DNA of 64,000 nt, taken from the IMG/VR virus record IMGVR_UViG_3300046167_000801, one strand, 5' to 3'. Of this stretch, positions 1 to 10,770 are shown in pieces; within the stretch, counting starts at the first letter, position 1; each line of letters begins with the position of its first letter. Source of the DNA: a virus. Its lineage: Duplodnaviria; Caudoviricetes. The translations under genes were made by a program, and so were the position numbers. A model generated the notes under the pieces. The model saw only the letters and a program-made list of their open reading frames with translations. It ran no database searches and had not been told where the DNA came from.

Positions 1-138
1 TTCACACCAAAGAAGGGGGCAAGGAATTACTGTAGTGTCTCTTGTGCAAATTCAAGGACATTCTCAGTAGAGAGTAGGATAAAGAAATCCATAAAAACCA
101 AGAGAGCTCGAAATCGGGGGGATTACGATCATCTAAAT

Positions 139-750
139 ATGAAAGTCATTAATAATGATAAAGAAAAGATCGATAAGTCTACTCAAACGTGGGTAATCAA
201 TTATGAAAAGAAAAGGGGTGAGGGTTATTTACATTCTTGGGACACTATAAGGAAATATCATTTTATAAAACAAAACCATACCTGTCAAGTATGTGGGTTA
301 AGTGAGTGGATGGGGAAACAGATTCCTTTAGAACTTCATCACATAGATGGTAGAAGAAATAACAACCATGACGATAATCTTCAGGTGATATGTCCTAACT
401 GTCATTCTCAGACGGACAACTATTGTGGAAAGAACATTAATGATCGTCATCCTGTGGATATTAATGAGAGGGAAGAATTGGGGACAAAGATTGAACTATT
501 CACTTATAAAGAGATTTTGGAGGATTGGAAAAATTGTGTGATAAAACCAAAAGGGTATCATAGAAAGAGAGATTATCTAAGTAACAAGTATAAACTATCT
601 GCCGGAACGATCGGTAAGTTAATTTATATTTACAAAAAGGGACCATTATACATAGAGATGTTGGATAGTGACAGTGATCTAAGTATAAACATGGTATACA
701 AATTACTTCATGAAACCAATGAGGACCTTCACAAATATTTTGAGGAATAA
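139..750 (+). CDS. HNH endonuclease (homing-type)
   Basis: CxxC...LELHHIDG..NN..NLQVICPNCH..T zinc/HNH motif. Confidence 0.85.
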   Translation: MKVINNDKEKIDKSTQTWVINYEKKRGEGYLHSWDTIRKYHFIKQNHTCQVCGLSEWMGKQIPLELHHIDGRRNNNHDDNLQVICPNCHSQTDNYCGKNINDRHPVDINEREELGTKIELFTYKEILEDWKNCVIKPKGYHRKRDYLSNKYKLSAGTIGKLIYIYKKGPLYIEMLDSDSDLSINMVYKLLHETNEDLHKYFEE

Positions 751-878
751 ACCAATATAACAAATAAAGAAATGAATAGTAAATTTAGAGTTAGGTCGTT
801 AATAATACTATTGTATGTGTTATTCTGTGTGGCATATACCACAATACAATTAGTACTTATGGTTATTAATTTAATATA

Positions 879-1493
879 GTGAATCTATTCAAGTTCAACT
901 ATACGGTAGGGAGTCTTTTCACAGAACAGGAGTGTAGTGATATTATTAAGGATCTGTCACTACAGGACGATAAGTTTGGTATCACTGGTGACTTCGGTGA
1001 TGAGGATTTATCTGTGTATGAGATTGATTATGATAATTTGGATGATTGCGGGGGTAAAGTTACTATTGATAAAAGGATTAAGGAATTAGAGAATAGGTTA
1101 GGTCTTAGTTATAATGGTGATAGGTTCATTATAAAATATAGGGATGATCGTAGGGAGATGATACCACATTACGATGGTCATTCAGATACTACACTTATCT
1201 ATTTGACTACAGATTTTGAGGGTGGGTCTACTAACTTCCCCATTGCAGGATTGGAACATAAACCACAAGATTATAAACCAGGTCACTACATACATTATAA
1301 CTCGAGACATCCTCATTCATTTCACGGGGGGACAACAGTTAGTAAAGGTGAAAAGATTGTTATAGTACTTAGAAGTTATAAGAACAATATTCTAACTTAC
1401 CTATTACAAATACCATGGGCACTAATACGTTTACTTTATGTTATGGTGTTCTTTAATAAGGGTATAAGGAAGAATCCTAAAAGCGGGGGATAA
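879..1493 (+). CDS. 2OG-Fe(II) oxygenase (prolyl-hydroxylase-like)
   Basis: PHYD (HxD), LIYLTTDFEGGST, FHGG..V..G.K facial-triad pattern. Confidence 0.75.
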   Translation: MNLFKFNYTVGSLFTEQECSDIIKDLSLQDDKFGITGDFGDEDLSVYEIDYDNLDDCGGKVTIDKRIKELENRLGLSYNGDRFIIKYRDDRREMIPHYDGHSDTTLIYLTTDFEGGSTNFPIAGLEHKPQDYKPGHYIHYNSRHPHSFHGGTTVSKGEKIVIVLRSYKNNILTYLLQIPWALIRLLYVMVFFNKGIRKNPKSGG

Positions 1494-1528
1494 ACCAATA
1501 TCAATATAGATGAAAAAAAAATAACATA

Positions 1529-2227
1529 ATGAATAGGGAGAAAATAGTCAATATTTTAAAAAGGGTACCCAAAAGACAGGGTAAACGAAATGATGGTATT
1601 CCATATAATAGATATGGTTTAATAAAAAAATTATTAATGGAGGAAACCAACCTCACATTAACATCAAACACTTCAATTAGGTACTTGGATCGGTTGTTTT
1701 TAAGTGAGGGGTTGGAACATGATATTCTAATAAAAGGATTTTTAAATTATAGGTGGAACTTACAAAGTTGCGTAAGAGTTTTAAAGAGGGGGTTTCTTAA
1801 GAAAGAGTGTGAGAAAAACTCTGATTTGGTAAGGGATATACTTGATGATAAGTACAAAAGCATAGATTCTATTAATGAGGAGTTATCTTCTTTATATAAA
1901 AATCACTCACATTATTCCATTTACTTTATTGGGTTTGAGGATGTTCGTACCAATAATTTTATTGATTATTATAAGTTTGGTCAAACCACGAACATTGAAA
2001 AAAGGTTGTCGAGTTATGATACAAATAATCCCCATAAACCTGTGGTATTAAGAATGTGGGGGGTCACAAAGAATAATTGTTTCCGAATAGAGAGATCGAT
2101 AAAATCGTGGGCGGACTCTAAAGGTTTAAGACATAAAAATGAATTCATTTATTACAGTGGTGATCATCAATACTTAAGTGATTCTATTAATAAAATTATT
2201 CACAACAAACACAATGAAGCGGCGTAG
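1529..2227 (+). CDS. T5orf172/GIY-YIG-like nuclease domain protein
   Basis: C-terminal IYFIG...YKFGQTTNIEKRLSSY.T.NP motif. Confidence 0.6.
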   Translation: MNREKIVNILKRVPKRQGKRNDGIPYNRYGLIKKLLMEETNLTLTSNTSIRYLDRLFLSEGLEHDILIKGFLNYRWNLQSCVRVLKRGFLKKECEKNSDLVRDILDDKYKSIDSINEELSSLYKNHSHYSIYFIGFEDVRTNNFIDYYKFGQTTNIEKRLSSYDTNNPHKPVVLRMWGVTKNNCFRIERSIKSWADSKGLRHKNEFIYYSGDHQYLSDSINKIIHNKHNEAA

Positions 2228-2252
2228 TGAGATATAATCAATAGATGGACAT

Positions 2253-2474
2253 ATGAGAAAAGGTAAGATGTCATCAATAAGGTTAACTTCCAATAGTACG
2301 TATGGTATGTACAATAATGATGGTACGTTAAAGGTTGAGGGGAAGAAAGAACTAAAGAAGTATCTGAAGATTAAAGAACAGGAACAAAAGTCTATAGATG
2401 ATTCCAATAGACCCAAAAGGATCAGGAGGAAGATAGACGGAGTATGGACCGAAATCTCAAATGCGGGGGGATAA
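2253..2474 (+). CDS. hypothetical protein
   Basis: 73-aa ORF co-directional with neighbours, same gene-end signature. Confidence 0.5.
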   Translation: MRKGKMSSIRLTSNSTYGMYNNDGTLKVEGKKELKKYLKIKEQEQKSIDDSNRPKRIRRKIDGVWTEISNAGG

Positions 2475-2687
2475 ACCAATATCAATATAGATAATACTAT
2501 AGATGAAATAGATATAGTTATAGTATATGTTATTCTTAAAACTCATAGGTACTCTAATACTATTCTATATCATAATGAATAGATTCTTCAAATGGTTAGA
2601 TAAGTAGAAATACTCAAATACCATACGTACAAATTAAAAAGTATTATACGTACATACATATAGAATATAGATAAAGAACTATAGTAT

Positions 2688-3158
2688 ATGTATAAGAATA
2701 TAATCCCAACTCTCATAGTAATAATCTCTCTATTAGGTAATAGTCTATATAGTCAAATAGATTGTAGTCCCTATCATAAGATAAAGAACTACACTATTGA
2801 AGAAGGAGTAAAATATAAATTCTCTATAGGGTTATGTCATCATTACAATAGTGGTTCTGTAGACTTAGGTTATAAGAATCATTATGTAAGTCTTATCTCT
2901 ATGACAAGAAAAATATATAGTAGTATGATCCCTATGAATGATGAATTCTATATAGGGTATACGTATGATTATACTATAGGGAAAAAAGGAAATCATCACA
3001 TAGGTTCTACCCTCGCATTTCAGATCCATAATCATGAACCTGTAGTCAGATTCTATATAGATAAAAGAATCTATAAAAGGTTCTTCTTACATGGATCTTC
3101 TATACAGGTTTCTAATAGAATTAACCATTTGATAGGTGGTTTTAAGGTAGTAATATAG
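2688..3158 (+). CDS. secreted/outer-membrane beta-rich protein
   Basis: N-terminal signal peptide, alternating aromatic beta-strand pattern, C-terminal GGFKVVI. Confidence 0.45.
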   Translation: MYKNIIPTLIVIISLLGNSLYSQIDCSPYHKIKNYTIEEGVKYKFSIGLCHHYNSGSVDLGYKNHYVSLISMTRKIYSSMIPMNDEFYIGYTYDYTIGKKGNHHIGSTLAFQIHNHEPVVRFYIDKRIYKRFFLHGSSIQVSNRINHLIGGFKVVI

Positions 3159-3673
3159 TCATACAATTATACCCCCTGATAATCATTTCCAGACCCCCTA
3201 AGAACGTCATACATACTTTGACCGTTAAGTGTCCATAAGTCATACAATAGTGTCTTAAAACGTACCTATTAGGGTACATTTTTGTCGTAGTAAGTTTTTT
3301 AGGTCTCACTACCCCTGTAAACGGTACTTTTCTTAGGTACGTATATATAGGACCTCGTTTTTCCCACTTTCTACCACTTTCCTACACACCGTAGGGTATT
3401 GTGTCGTGTGCGACTCAAAGACACTTTTTCTAAAAATTTATAAATATGATACTGTTATATCGGTCATACACTCCTGAACCCCGTATAATAGTTAAGTCAT
3501 TATACTATAATATGTCATACATTATACCCCCACAATATAAGTGTTATATCGTTATACTCGGATGAGATGTCATACACCCGTATAATGAAAAAATCATAAT
3601 ACAAATCGGGATACCCCCACGGGTATATAATATTATAAATTGTATGACATTATACCCTGACGGGTGTCATACA
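3158..3673. repeat. iteron-like GTCATACA octamer cluster in noncoding zone
   Basis: Copies at 3158, 3206, 3239, 3463, 3514, 3569, 3641 (reverse), 3666; companion ATTATACCC at ~3166, 3521, 3649. Confidence 0.8.
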
Positions 3674-3731
3674 TTTATAGTCTGTGCCAATTAGAATTGT
3701 CCCTGATCAGGACGGTGAAGGGTCGAAATGT

Positions 3732-4402
3732 TTATAACGGTTTTGATCCGAGAATAGGACCCGAGTTTATTTGTGGACGAATCTTATAAGGTTTCATAGA
3801 CAACGCAATTAATGTACCTTTTGTTTCATCGTCTGTCTCAAACTCAAATTCAATCTCTAACTGTGCAACCGAAGAAATCTTTGGGAGTAACGTAAGTTCA
3901 ATATTAATATCCTTAACGTCATACATACGAGTAAGACCTTAACAATCTTGTGATCTCTCTTAAGTTTTGTCATACACTCTTCCTTAGTGGGAAGGTTGAT
4001 GTTCTTAATAGAACTATTCACTATAGTATCTATGTCATTGGTTGGGTCTTCAATGTCTATGACTTGAGATCTACCTGAGGTATTCTTTATGAAGTCCCCC
4101 GTTCTGCCAATTACTATTGTGGATCCTCCTCCTCTGAGTTCATCTTTTATTATTAGATGATTCAGTGATACGAATTCTTGTCCACTCTGTAGGTGTTCAC
4201 TTTTAATTTGGGTAAGTGATTCTGTTAATACTGTTTGTAGTATATCCCCGAATTTTGAAGTTAGTGTGTCGAGGTCACGAATGGTTACATCGATGTCTAA
4301 TAATAGAATGTCGTTGTATCCATAATAATGTGCGGAATAGGTGTAACCTTCTTTCTCGACATCCGCAATATACTTACTCTCATGTAAATCTAATAGTTTC
4401 AT
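3732..4402 (-). pseudogene. hypothetical protein probably split by a 1-bp frameshift (ORFs 3857..4402 and 3732..3926)
   Basis: Overlapping co-directional ORFs; adding one base near 3932 joins IVKVL to RMYDVKDINIEL. Confidence 0.45.
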
Positions 4403-4517
4403 ATGTATAATAAATATTCGGTTATGCCAAATAAAATCTGAGATGGGACCTGATCTGAGACTCGAACGTTTGCCAATTAAAATCGGGACCGTCGGTGATC
4501 AGGAATCTTGACTCTAT

Positions 4518-4551
4518 AAAAAAAGGGTCTACCTTTCGGATGACCCTCTTT
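4518..4551. terminator. intrinsic terminator hairpin
   Basis: AAAAAAAGGGTC..GACCCTCTTT stem with A/T tracts downstream of minus-strand gene. Confidence 0.7.
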
Positions 4552-4588
4552 AAAAAAAAAATAAATCAGATATTAGACAAAACGTTAG

Positions 4589-4783
4589 TTATGCCGCCGA
4601 TTTCTGTTTTAGTAACTGGTTTCTGAATTTGATTGCCTTTGCTTTGTTAGTAAAGTACTCATCGTAAGCCGTCCCTTTAATAGAAACTCTTACTCTGTAT
4701 CTGTTTCCAGAACCATTAGTTACTTGGTAAATGTTATTACCGAGGTTTGTGTAGCTGTAGCTACCAGTAGTTGACTTTGCCAT
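4589..4783 (-). CDS. small AP2-like DNA-binding protein
   Basis: NIYQ...RYRVRVSIKG...YFTNKAKAIKFRN resembles the AP2/integrase-type three-strand-helix fold. Confidence 0.5.
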   Translation of the reverse strand: MAKSTTGSYSYTNLGNNIYQVTNGSGNRYRVRVSIKGTAYDEYFTNKAKAIKFRNQLLKQKSAA

Positions 4784-5304
4784 ATTACTATTATTTAAAT
4801 GTTTATTACACTAAAGTATACGTAATATTATTTGTAAAGTCAACCCCCCATTGTATAAGATGGTCATCCTACATGTGCCATGATGTCAAAGAACTTTTTT
4901 GAAACCATTTTATAACCGATAAAATGTAATGTATTGTTTGCCAATTAAAATTGACCTCCCTTCACGGGATTCGAGTGGAAAAAAAAGATTAGAAGAGTTT
5001 CAGTATGAAGTGGATTAATATTGTTGCCACCAATATCATAAAACTCCAACCAATCATTTTGTAGGAGGTCTCCATTCTTTGAGGGGATCTACCCTGATTA
5101 CTTCTATACTGTCTAAACTTCTTTTCTTTTTCCATAATTTGTTGTTTTATTATTTAACTTTACTTATTTCCAATTGTCTTTGGAAGAAGTACATTAACTT
5201 CTCTTCAGCTCGTTTCATCTGAACTTCATCTTTTACTTTGGCTGCTGTATCCCACCTTTCCATCCAATAGGATATCTTAGGGAGGAAACCGTTCTTATAC
5301 TTTT

Positions 5305-5502
5305 TCATTGATTCTGTTTTAATAAATCATTAACTTCATCGGAGGTTATATCACTCACGTCGTAGTACCCTGCGATTTCGGTGAGATCTATGTCATCACC
5401 CTTTATCTCAATACCTTCTTGTAAGGTGGTACCATCTAAATCAAATACTGCATTTCTAACTTCTACTGTGCCATAATCTTTAGTTTCTACGGTTCTATTC
5501 AT
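5305..5502 (-). CDS. hypothetical protein
   Basis: ORF in minus-strand cassette, overlapping start/stop with neighbours. Confidence 0.6.
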   Translation of the reverse strand: MNRTVETKDYGTVEVRNAVFDLDGTTLQEGIEIKGDDIDLTEIAGYYDVSDITSDEVNDLLKQNQ

Positions 5503-5959
5503 TGATCTTATTTCTTAAAAATGTTTCTAAATCTAACTTGTTAACGAAGAGAGTCTTGTTTTCTATATAGACGTTCCCTTCGAATCCATCTATATTATGA
5601 TCTGCTATACCTTCCGCTACTGTCCAATATGGTTTCACCCGAGGATTATAAGAGATCCTTATACAGTCCTGCCGATTAAAATTCGACAGGTCCTGAGATC
5701 CTGAAGGAAAAGATATCCATGAACATACTGTTTTGTTGGATCCTCCATGAATCTTATTGGCAGTCTTCTGACTGTTATTAAGTTTACCATCTCTGATCGT
5801 GTATTGGAATTCAGCGGGGGAGAAGTACTCAAGTATACCTTCCACTTTATTCCTTAGTTGCCAATTCATGTAGTTCTTACCCTTGGCCAAATGGAACCTT
5901 AACCTATTGTTCTTAGGTAAGGTATCCATAAATCTCCATTCTTTCTCTATATTAATCAT
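5495..5959 (-). CDS. hypothetical phage protein
   Basis: 154-aa ORF, translationally coupled. Confidence 0.65.
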   Translation of the reverse strand: MINIEKEWRFMDTLPKNNRLRFHLAKGKNYMNWQLRNKVEGILEYFSPAEFQYTIRDGKLNNSQKTANKIHGGSNKTVCSWISFPSGSQDLSNFNRQDCIRISYNPRVKPYWTVAEGIADHNIDGFEGNVYIENKTLFVNKLDLETFLRNKINE

Positions 5960-6530
5960 AGTACCCCTCCTCTAAAAGTTCTTGTTCTTTTTCTTCTTCA
6001 CTCTGAAGAAAGGTTACTCTAATCCCGTGAACCATATCGTCCATCTTAGAAACCTCTAACTTGTACATACCATCTCCATAACCTGTTGATGATACAACTC
6101 CTGATTCGTAGGTACCCCACTGTTCTTCTCTTAAGGTACGGTCACACATTTTAACATACCATCCCTCACCTGTTTCTTTAGTTGGTCTGAAGGGGTGATC
6201 ACCAAACGGATCTCCCTTATCAGTTAACCATGGTAGATCTTTTGCTACCTCATCATTACGGTAGGATGTCATACAACAGATACTCATCTGTCCACTGTCA
6301 ACAGCAACACTACCAATGTCTTCCCATATAGGACTCTTTATGATTTCATGTAATACAGTGAGTGATGCAATTCTATCACCCCAATCACCTTCATCAGATT
6401 TTACCACCTGTGTGTCATACATACCAGGTCGCATATTATTAATTTGATTGTTGAACCATCCATCTACGTCACTGTAACATGGATCTGACACAATTACCTT
6501 TTCTCCTAACTTAATTTGATTTCCTTTCAT
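5952..6530 (-). CDS. DUF4241-like protein
   Basis: VSDPCY ... VAVDSGQMSI ... SSTGYGDGMY motifs. Confidence 0.6.
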   Translation of the reverse strand: MKGNQIKLGEKVIVSDPCYSDVDGWFNNQINNMRPGMYDTQVVKSDEGDWGDRIASLTVLHEIIKSPIWEDIGSVAVDSGQMSICCMTSYRNDEVAKDLPWLTDKGDPFGDHPFRPTKETGEGWYVKMCDRTLREEQWGTYESGVVSSTGYGDGMYKLEVSKMDDMVHGIRVTFLQSEEEKEQELLEEGYYD

Positions 6531-6766
6531 GATATTCCTCTTTTTGATTACTATACAAATATACTAGTATTTTTTAGAATATCACAACAAATACTAGTTT
6601 AAGTTTGCCAATTAGAATTGGACCCGGCGGCTGTGATCACCATCCCTTCGGCCAATGATAATAGTGCGGAGTTACACCACCACCTCTATATTGGTCATGC
6701 TCTCTACGTTCCTCTATGGAAACTTTTTTGGGGGAATTGATTTTTACGAACCTCCCTTTAGAATCT

Positions 6767-7078
6767 CTACCGTACTTCATAATCCATTACTTTATAGTTA
6801 ACTTCTAATAATTGGTCTAACATGTATGACATTGTTTCTACATCGATACCATTCATATCGAATTCAACGTCATCACCAATATAGTTTCTACCCGTTATCA
6901 TACCTTCTTCAGATATGCCAACTACAATCCACTCCTCAGGTCCCTTCTGTGTTTCCACATCTACTTTGAACATTCGGTCGAACTCAATCTCCATACCTCT
7001 CAATTCATCTTGGATGTATGTGATTGTTTTCTTTATTAGATTTTCCTTGTACTGTTTTGTTAATGTAATATATGACAT
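6767..7078 (-). CDS. hypothetical protein
   Basis: 103-aa acidic ORF in cassette. Confidence 0.6.
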   Translation of the reverse strand: MSYITLTKQYKENLIKKTITYIQDELRGMEIEFDRMFKVDVETQKGPEEWIVVGISEEGMITGRNYIGDDVEFDMNGIDVETMSYMLDQLLEVNYKVMDYEVR

Positions 7079-7114
7079 AATAGTCAGTTTAAATTAATAT
7101 TACCTACCGTAGAA

Positions 7115-7594
7115 CTAAACGTTGTTCATTAATTTGGTAAGTTCGTTGCGGTTTTCTGCAATTTGTTTGTCCATCGCAACTTGTATGGACCTCTTGGCCG
7201 ATTCCATAAATTGGATATCTTTCTCGAGTAAGTTTAAATCATCACCATCTTCAGATATTCTTCCGACAATGACTCTCACATCTTTAGTACTTGTTCCTTT
7301 TCTAAAGAATGGGGATCTTGCATATATATAATCCCCTCGTACTATAGATAGTTTAATCTCTTTAATGTTTTCCTTAGCTCTTAGTTGAAGAATAGTTTCC
7401 TCAAGTAAGGATACAGTTTCGAACTGCGTCTTCCACTTAGTGACGATATTTTTGTAGGTCCCCGTCATCTTGGACAGTACAGGTGACATTTTGATTGGCC
7501 CATCATTCAAGAATCTCTCAAACTCACTAAGTTGTTTGTTGGTACCAACGATCTCCGTAAAGACCCCATTCACATGTTTTAAATTTCTATTCAT
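7115..7594 (-). CDS. hypothetical protein
   Basis: 159-aa ORF in cassette. Confidence 0.65.
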   Translation of the reverse strand: MNRNLKHVNGVFTEIVGTNKQLSEFERFLNDGPIKMSPVLSKMTGTYKNIVTKWKTQFETVSLLEETILQLRAKENIKEIKLSIVRGDYIYARSPFFRKGTSTKDVRVIVGRISEDGDDLNLLEKDIQFMESAKRSIQVAMDKQIAENRNELTKLMNNV

Positions 7595-7673
7595 TTTTTC
7601 ATTGTTTTATATTGTTAATATTACTATTCACTGCCAATTACTATTGCTGAGCTCACCCTTCACCTTTTTGAAG

Positions 7674-8303
7674 TTAAGCTGAGGTCGTAGCAAGTTCTTT
7701 TTTTAATTCATCTACACATTCCATTATTTCTGATTCCTTAAGGAAATGGTAATTATCTTTTATTACTTCTACTAAGTCTTCACTTTTGTCTCCGTGTTCA
7801 AAATCATCTACAATATATTCTAACCCACTATTAATGAATTCTCTGTCGAACCATTCATCAAACCCTTCAAATTGGTAGATACCTTCTTGGTAATCATAAT
7901 CCTCTTCGTGGACATTACCAGATTGTATTGTTGCCTTTCCACAGAAGTCTGCGCCAGGTTCTTCGTAATACATCTTTACACTAACGTCATACATTGTGGA
8001 TAGAATTCTCATTCCCTCAATAGGTGGTGACCAAGCTGACTCAGTGTTAAGTACCATTGAATCCTTATCTACCACAATGTCATCATACGATATGTCCCAC
8101 TTAGTTCCATACCTTTCTATGTTATGATTATACCATCCCCCATTTTCCAAGGATTCGGTAGTTTCTTTCTCGTCCACACCAATTAGTGATTCAAAGAAGT
8201 TATCTTTTTTCTTGTTACTTGCAGCATCTAACATTGCTGACATTCTTTTGATGACCTTAGGTTCACCAAGTATTTCGATATTGTTGTAACACCAGTTTGG
8301 CAT
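7674..8303 (-). CDS. Api92/YubB-like ferredoxin-fold (DUF1281-related) protein
   Basis: MPNWCYN start, YGTKWD, TESAWSPP, YYEEPG motifs. Confidence 0.7.
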   Translation of the reverse strand: MPNWCYNNIEILGEPKVIKRMSAMLDAASNKKKDNFFESLIGVDEKETTESLENGGWYNHNIERYGTKWDISYDDIVVDKDSMVLNTESAWSPPIEGMRILSTMYDVSVKMYYEEPGADFCGKATIQSGNVHEEDYDYQEGIYQFEGFDEWFDREFINSGLEYIVDDFEHGDKSEDLVEVIKDNYHFLKESEIMECVDELKKELATTSA

Positions 8304-8351
8304 AATGATTATAATTTAATAGTTGTACAAAGATATAACATTTATTTTATT

Positions 8352-8762
8352 TTACCACCAGGAGCTGTAATAAACATCATACCCCTTTCTAATTGCAGTT
8401 AGAGATTCCTCTACAAATTGTAGGTCTTCTTCTCTATATTCTTCAGATGAGTCATCCCCGAAAATGAATCCACAGGTTTCAGGTAATGAACCATCTTTAA
8501 TATCCTTCTCAAGGTTCTCCAAATCCTCCCAAGTTAATTGAACATTTACACAATTAAATTCAGGTGACTCACCACCCTTCTCATAATAGAGTTCCCTCAT
8601 CCACCCTTGGAGATGGGGATGTTTTCTCCAGTAATGGAGTTCCTTCTTATCACACAGTATCTCGGTCTCTTTAGTTTCCTCGTTATACTGTTCTGTGTTA
8701 AAATCTACTGGTTCTTTTATGAACCCTTTTTTTACTCGGTATGCAAATTGGTCTAATCCCAT
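8352..8762 (-). CDS. conserved phage hypothetical protein (MGLDQ...YWRKHPHLQGW family)
   Basis: Recognisable phage family motif, C-terminal YYSSWW. Confidence 0.7.
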   Translation of the reverse strand: MGLDQFAYRVKKGFIKEPVDFNTEQYNEETKETEILCDKKELHYWRKHPHLQGWMRELYYEKGGESPEFNCVNVQLTWEDLENLEKDIKDGSLPETCGFIFGDDSSEEYREEDLQFVEESLTAIRKGYDVYYSSWW

Positions 8763-8989
8763 TGTTTATTCTTTATTGATTACTATACAAATATAAGGAT
8801 TATTTTGTTATACCCAATTACAAACGGATAAATTTCTTTGCCAAATAGAATACGTACTGGTCCGGCGCTGTGGCAAAACTGGTTTACCTGGCAGATCACC
8901 TGGCGAGTCTCCAGGTCAATTCTATTTGGCACATGCCAATTAAAAACAAACAGGTGATCTGCATGCATAATAATTTCACAAGCAGGCAT

Positions 8990-9018
8990 AAAAAAACCCC
9001 ACCATTTCTGATAGGGTT
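8990..9018. terminator. intrinsic terminator (near-identical copies at 10293-10323 and 15021-15054)
   Basis: AAAAAACCCC(C)ACCATTTCTGAT(A/G)AGGGT in three cassettes. Confidence 0.7.
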
Positions 9019-9043
9019 CATGAACTTTCTTTTTAGGTTTTTC

Positions 9044-9571
9044 TTAAGTGTGCATATCCACATACACTATATACCTTTTATTCGTTGGGTCGTCATCTTC
9101 TAATTGAGAGCCATCTAAATGTGTAACTCCACATTCCCCTAACTCCCAATCATAGTAGTAGTCTTGTAATACATCAAACTCTCGACCCTCTTTTTCTAAA
9201 CGGACTTTAGACATTTCGATTTGAAACATATCCTCACAGTATTTCTTGGCACCATACCAATCGAAAGGACTTTTATGTTTACCCTCACTACATTTGGTAA
9301 AGTTATCTTTATAGTAGTCATCTACTTTCATCCACTCACGAACTTGCCGATTAATATCCTCGACGGTGGTCCCTTCCTTAGGACACCACCTCGAATTACC
9401 CCATTCTTTTTCTTTGTCATACGTGGAATACACTTCGTTATCCGCACTGACACATCCACCAATGGTTCTCCAATTATTTTCAGTTCCCCATTCTGAGATT
9501 TCCGTTTCAACGGTATCACATGCCTCTTCGGGGGAAGAGGCAGTTACGATACAAAAATGTAGATTATGCAT
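9044..9571 (-). CDS. hypothetical protein
   Basis: 175-aa ORF coupled to upstream gene. Confidence 0.65.
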   Translation of the reverse strand: MHNLHFCIVTASSPEEACDTVETEISEWGTENNWRTIGGCVSADNEVYSTYDKEKEWGNSRWCPKEGTTVEDINRQVREWMKVDDYYKDNFTKCSEGKHKSPFDWYGAKKYCEDMFQIEMSKVRLEKEGREFDVLQDYYYDWELGECGVTHLDGSQLEDDDPTNKRYIVYVDMHT

Positions 9572-10043
9572 ATTTTTCTTTTTTCATTTTACAACCTTCC
9601 TCACCAAACAACTCTACTTTGAGTGCTTGTCGTTCTTCATTCCAATCGGAATGGTTACTACGTTTCCAATCGTCATAAAAGTTTTGTTTCCACCAACTAT
9701 CATCACATAGAGCTCTAATCACATCAAAAGATATGTCGGTAAAGTTTTCTTCACAGTAGGAATATAAATTCTCCTTACTGTTTTTCTTGGGTACGAATTT
9801 ACCCTCATCAGCATAATCTCCTGTAATTACAATGTTATCACCGGCCCAAGAACCAACGATTGGGTTTTCACTTCTCAAATCTCCACCCCCACGATTATTT
9901 CCGTCTGCCAATAAGATACCCAAACCTTGCATGACAGACATTCCGTCTGATGTAAATTCCATTAACTTTGCACCACTCCCAAAAGCGTGAGGGGTTAGTG
10001 TCTGTCCTTTTGTAGTGTTTACTACTTTAAAATACTGTCCCAT
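9564..10043 (-). CDS. conserved phage hypothetical protein (MGQYF family)
   Basis: MGQYFKVVN...GSWAGDNIVITGDYAD motif, promoter upstream. Confidence 0.65.
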   Translation of the reverse strand: MGQYFKVVNTTKGQTLTPHAFGSGAKLMEFTSDGMSVMQGLGILLADGNNRGGGDLRSENPIVGSWAGDNIVITGDYADEGKFVPKKNSKENLYSYCEENFTDISFDVIRALCDDSWWKQNFYDDWKRSNHSDWNEERQALKVELFGEEGCKMKKEKYA

Positions 10044-10395
10044 AATTAAAATGTTTAAATGTTATTAAATGATTACACTACAAATATAATAATATAAACG
10101 TTATCTACAAAACATTATGAGGTTTTTTATTTGCCAATTAAATTAAGGGATTAAACTGTGCAGTTACAGTGCACACATTTTACAGTTAATCGGAGAAATA
10201 TGCATGGATCCTGAACCCGGCCCGAATTTTAGTTGGCACGTGCCAAATAGAATTTACAGTGCATGATAACTATAGTCTACATTTTGTGCATTAAAAAACC
10301 CCCACCATTTCTGATGAGGGTCTTCGTAGTAATCACTTGTAACATATCATGAAATTACAAGACTACAAATGTAATACAATTATATTACATTATAC

Positions 10396-10590
10396 CTATA
10401 AGGTTACGTCGATTGATGCGTTGAAGTTGTTTTGTAATACATCGGGAGAGATGACTCTATTAATGGTGTTTGCAATTTTCTCGTACTCTGCGGGAGTAAC
10501 ACTCAAACCTTTAATGTGAATCTTTCCATCTAATACTCTAAACTTAACTCTAATTTTTTTCTTACTCATTTTTAATAACTGACTGAACAT
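10396..10590 (-). CDS. hypothetical protein (start probably MSKKK at ~10569)
   Basis: Short ORF in operon. Confidence 0.5.
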   Translation of the reverse strand: MFSQLLKMSKKKIRVKFRVLDGKIHIKGLSVTPAEYEKIANTINRVISPDVLQNNFNASIDVTL

Positions 10591-10759
10591 ATTCTAATTT
10601 GTTTATGGTGTCGACGTGTTGGGAACCCCTAAACCGATTTTGGGACTGAATGATGTTGACTATTACACCACCCGTTGGTGTATACCCCTCGGCAACATGA
10701 CCATTCACTTTTTCTGTTAGTCCTTGTGGACTTGAACTACTTAATACTTTATATTCCAT
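10562..10759 (-). CDS. small DUF1737-like protein
   Basis: MEYKVLSS....L...VN..VAEGYTPTGGV pattern. Confidence 0.5.
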   Translation of the reverse strand: MEYKVLSSSSPQGLTEKVNGHVAEGYTPTGGVIVNIIQSQNRFRGSQHVDTINKLEYVQSVIKNE

Positions 10760-10770
10760 GATATTGAATT

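Noticed and set aside
2486-2687. TATAG/CTATA-rich low-complexity stretch as a structured repeat
   Set aside because: No regular unit or spacing could be defined by eye; likely AT-rich intergenic DNA.
8926-8939. TTGGC-N-GCCAA resembles the eukaryotic NFI site
   Set aside because: Spacing varies (N4-N14) and the context is a bacteriophage; treated as coincidence.
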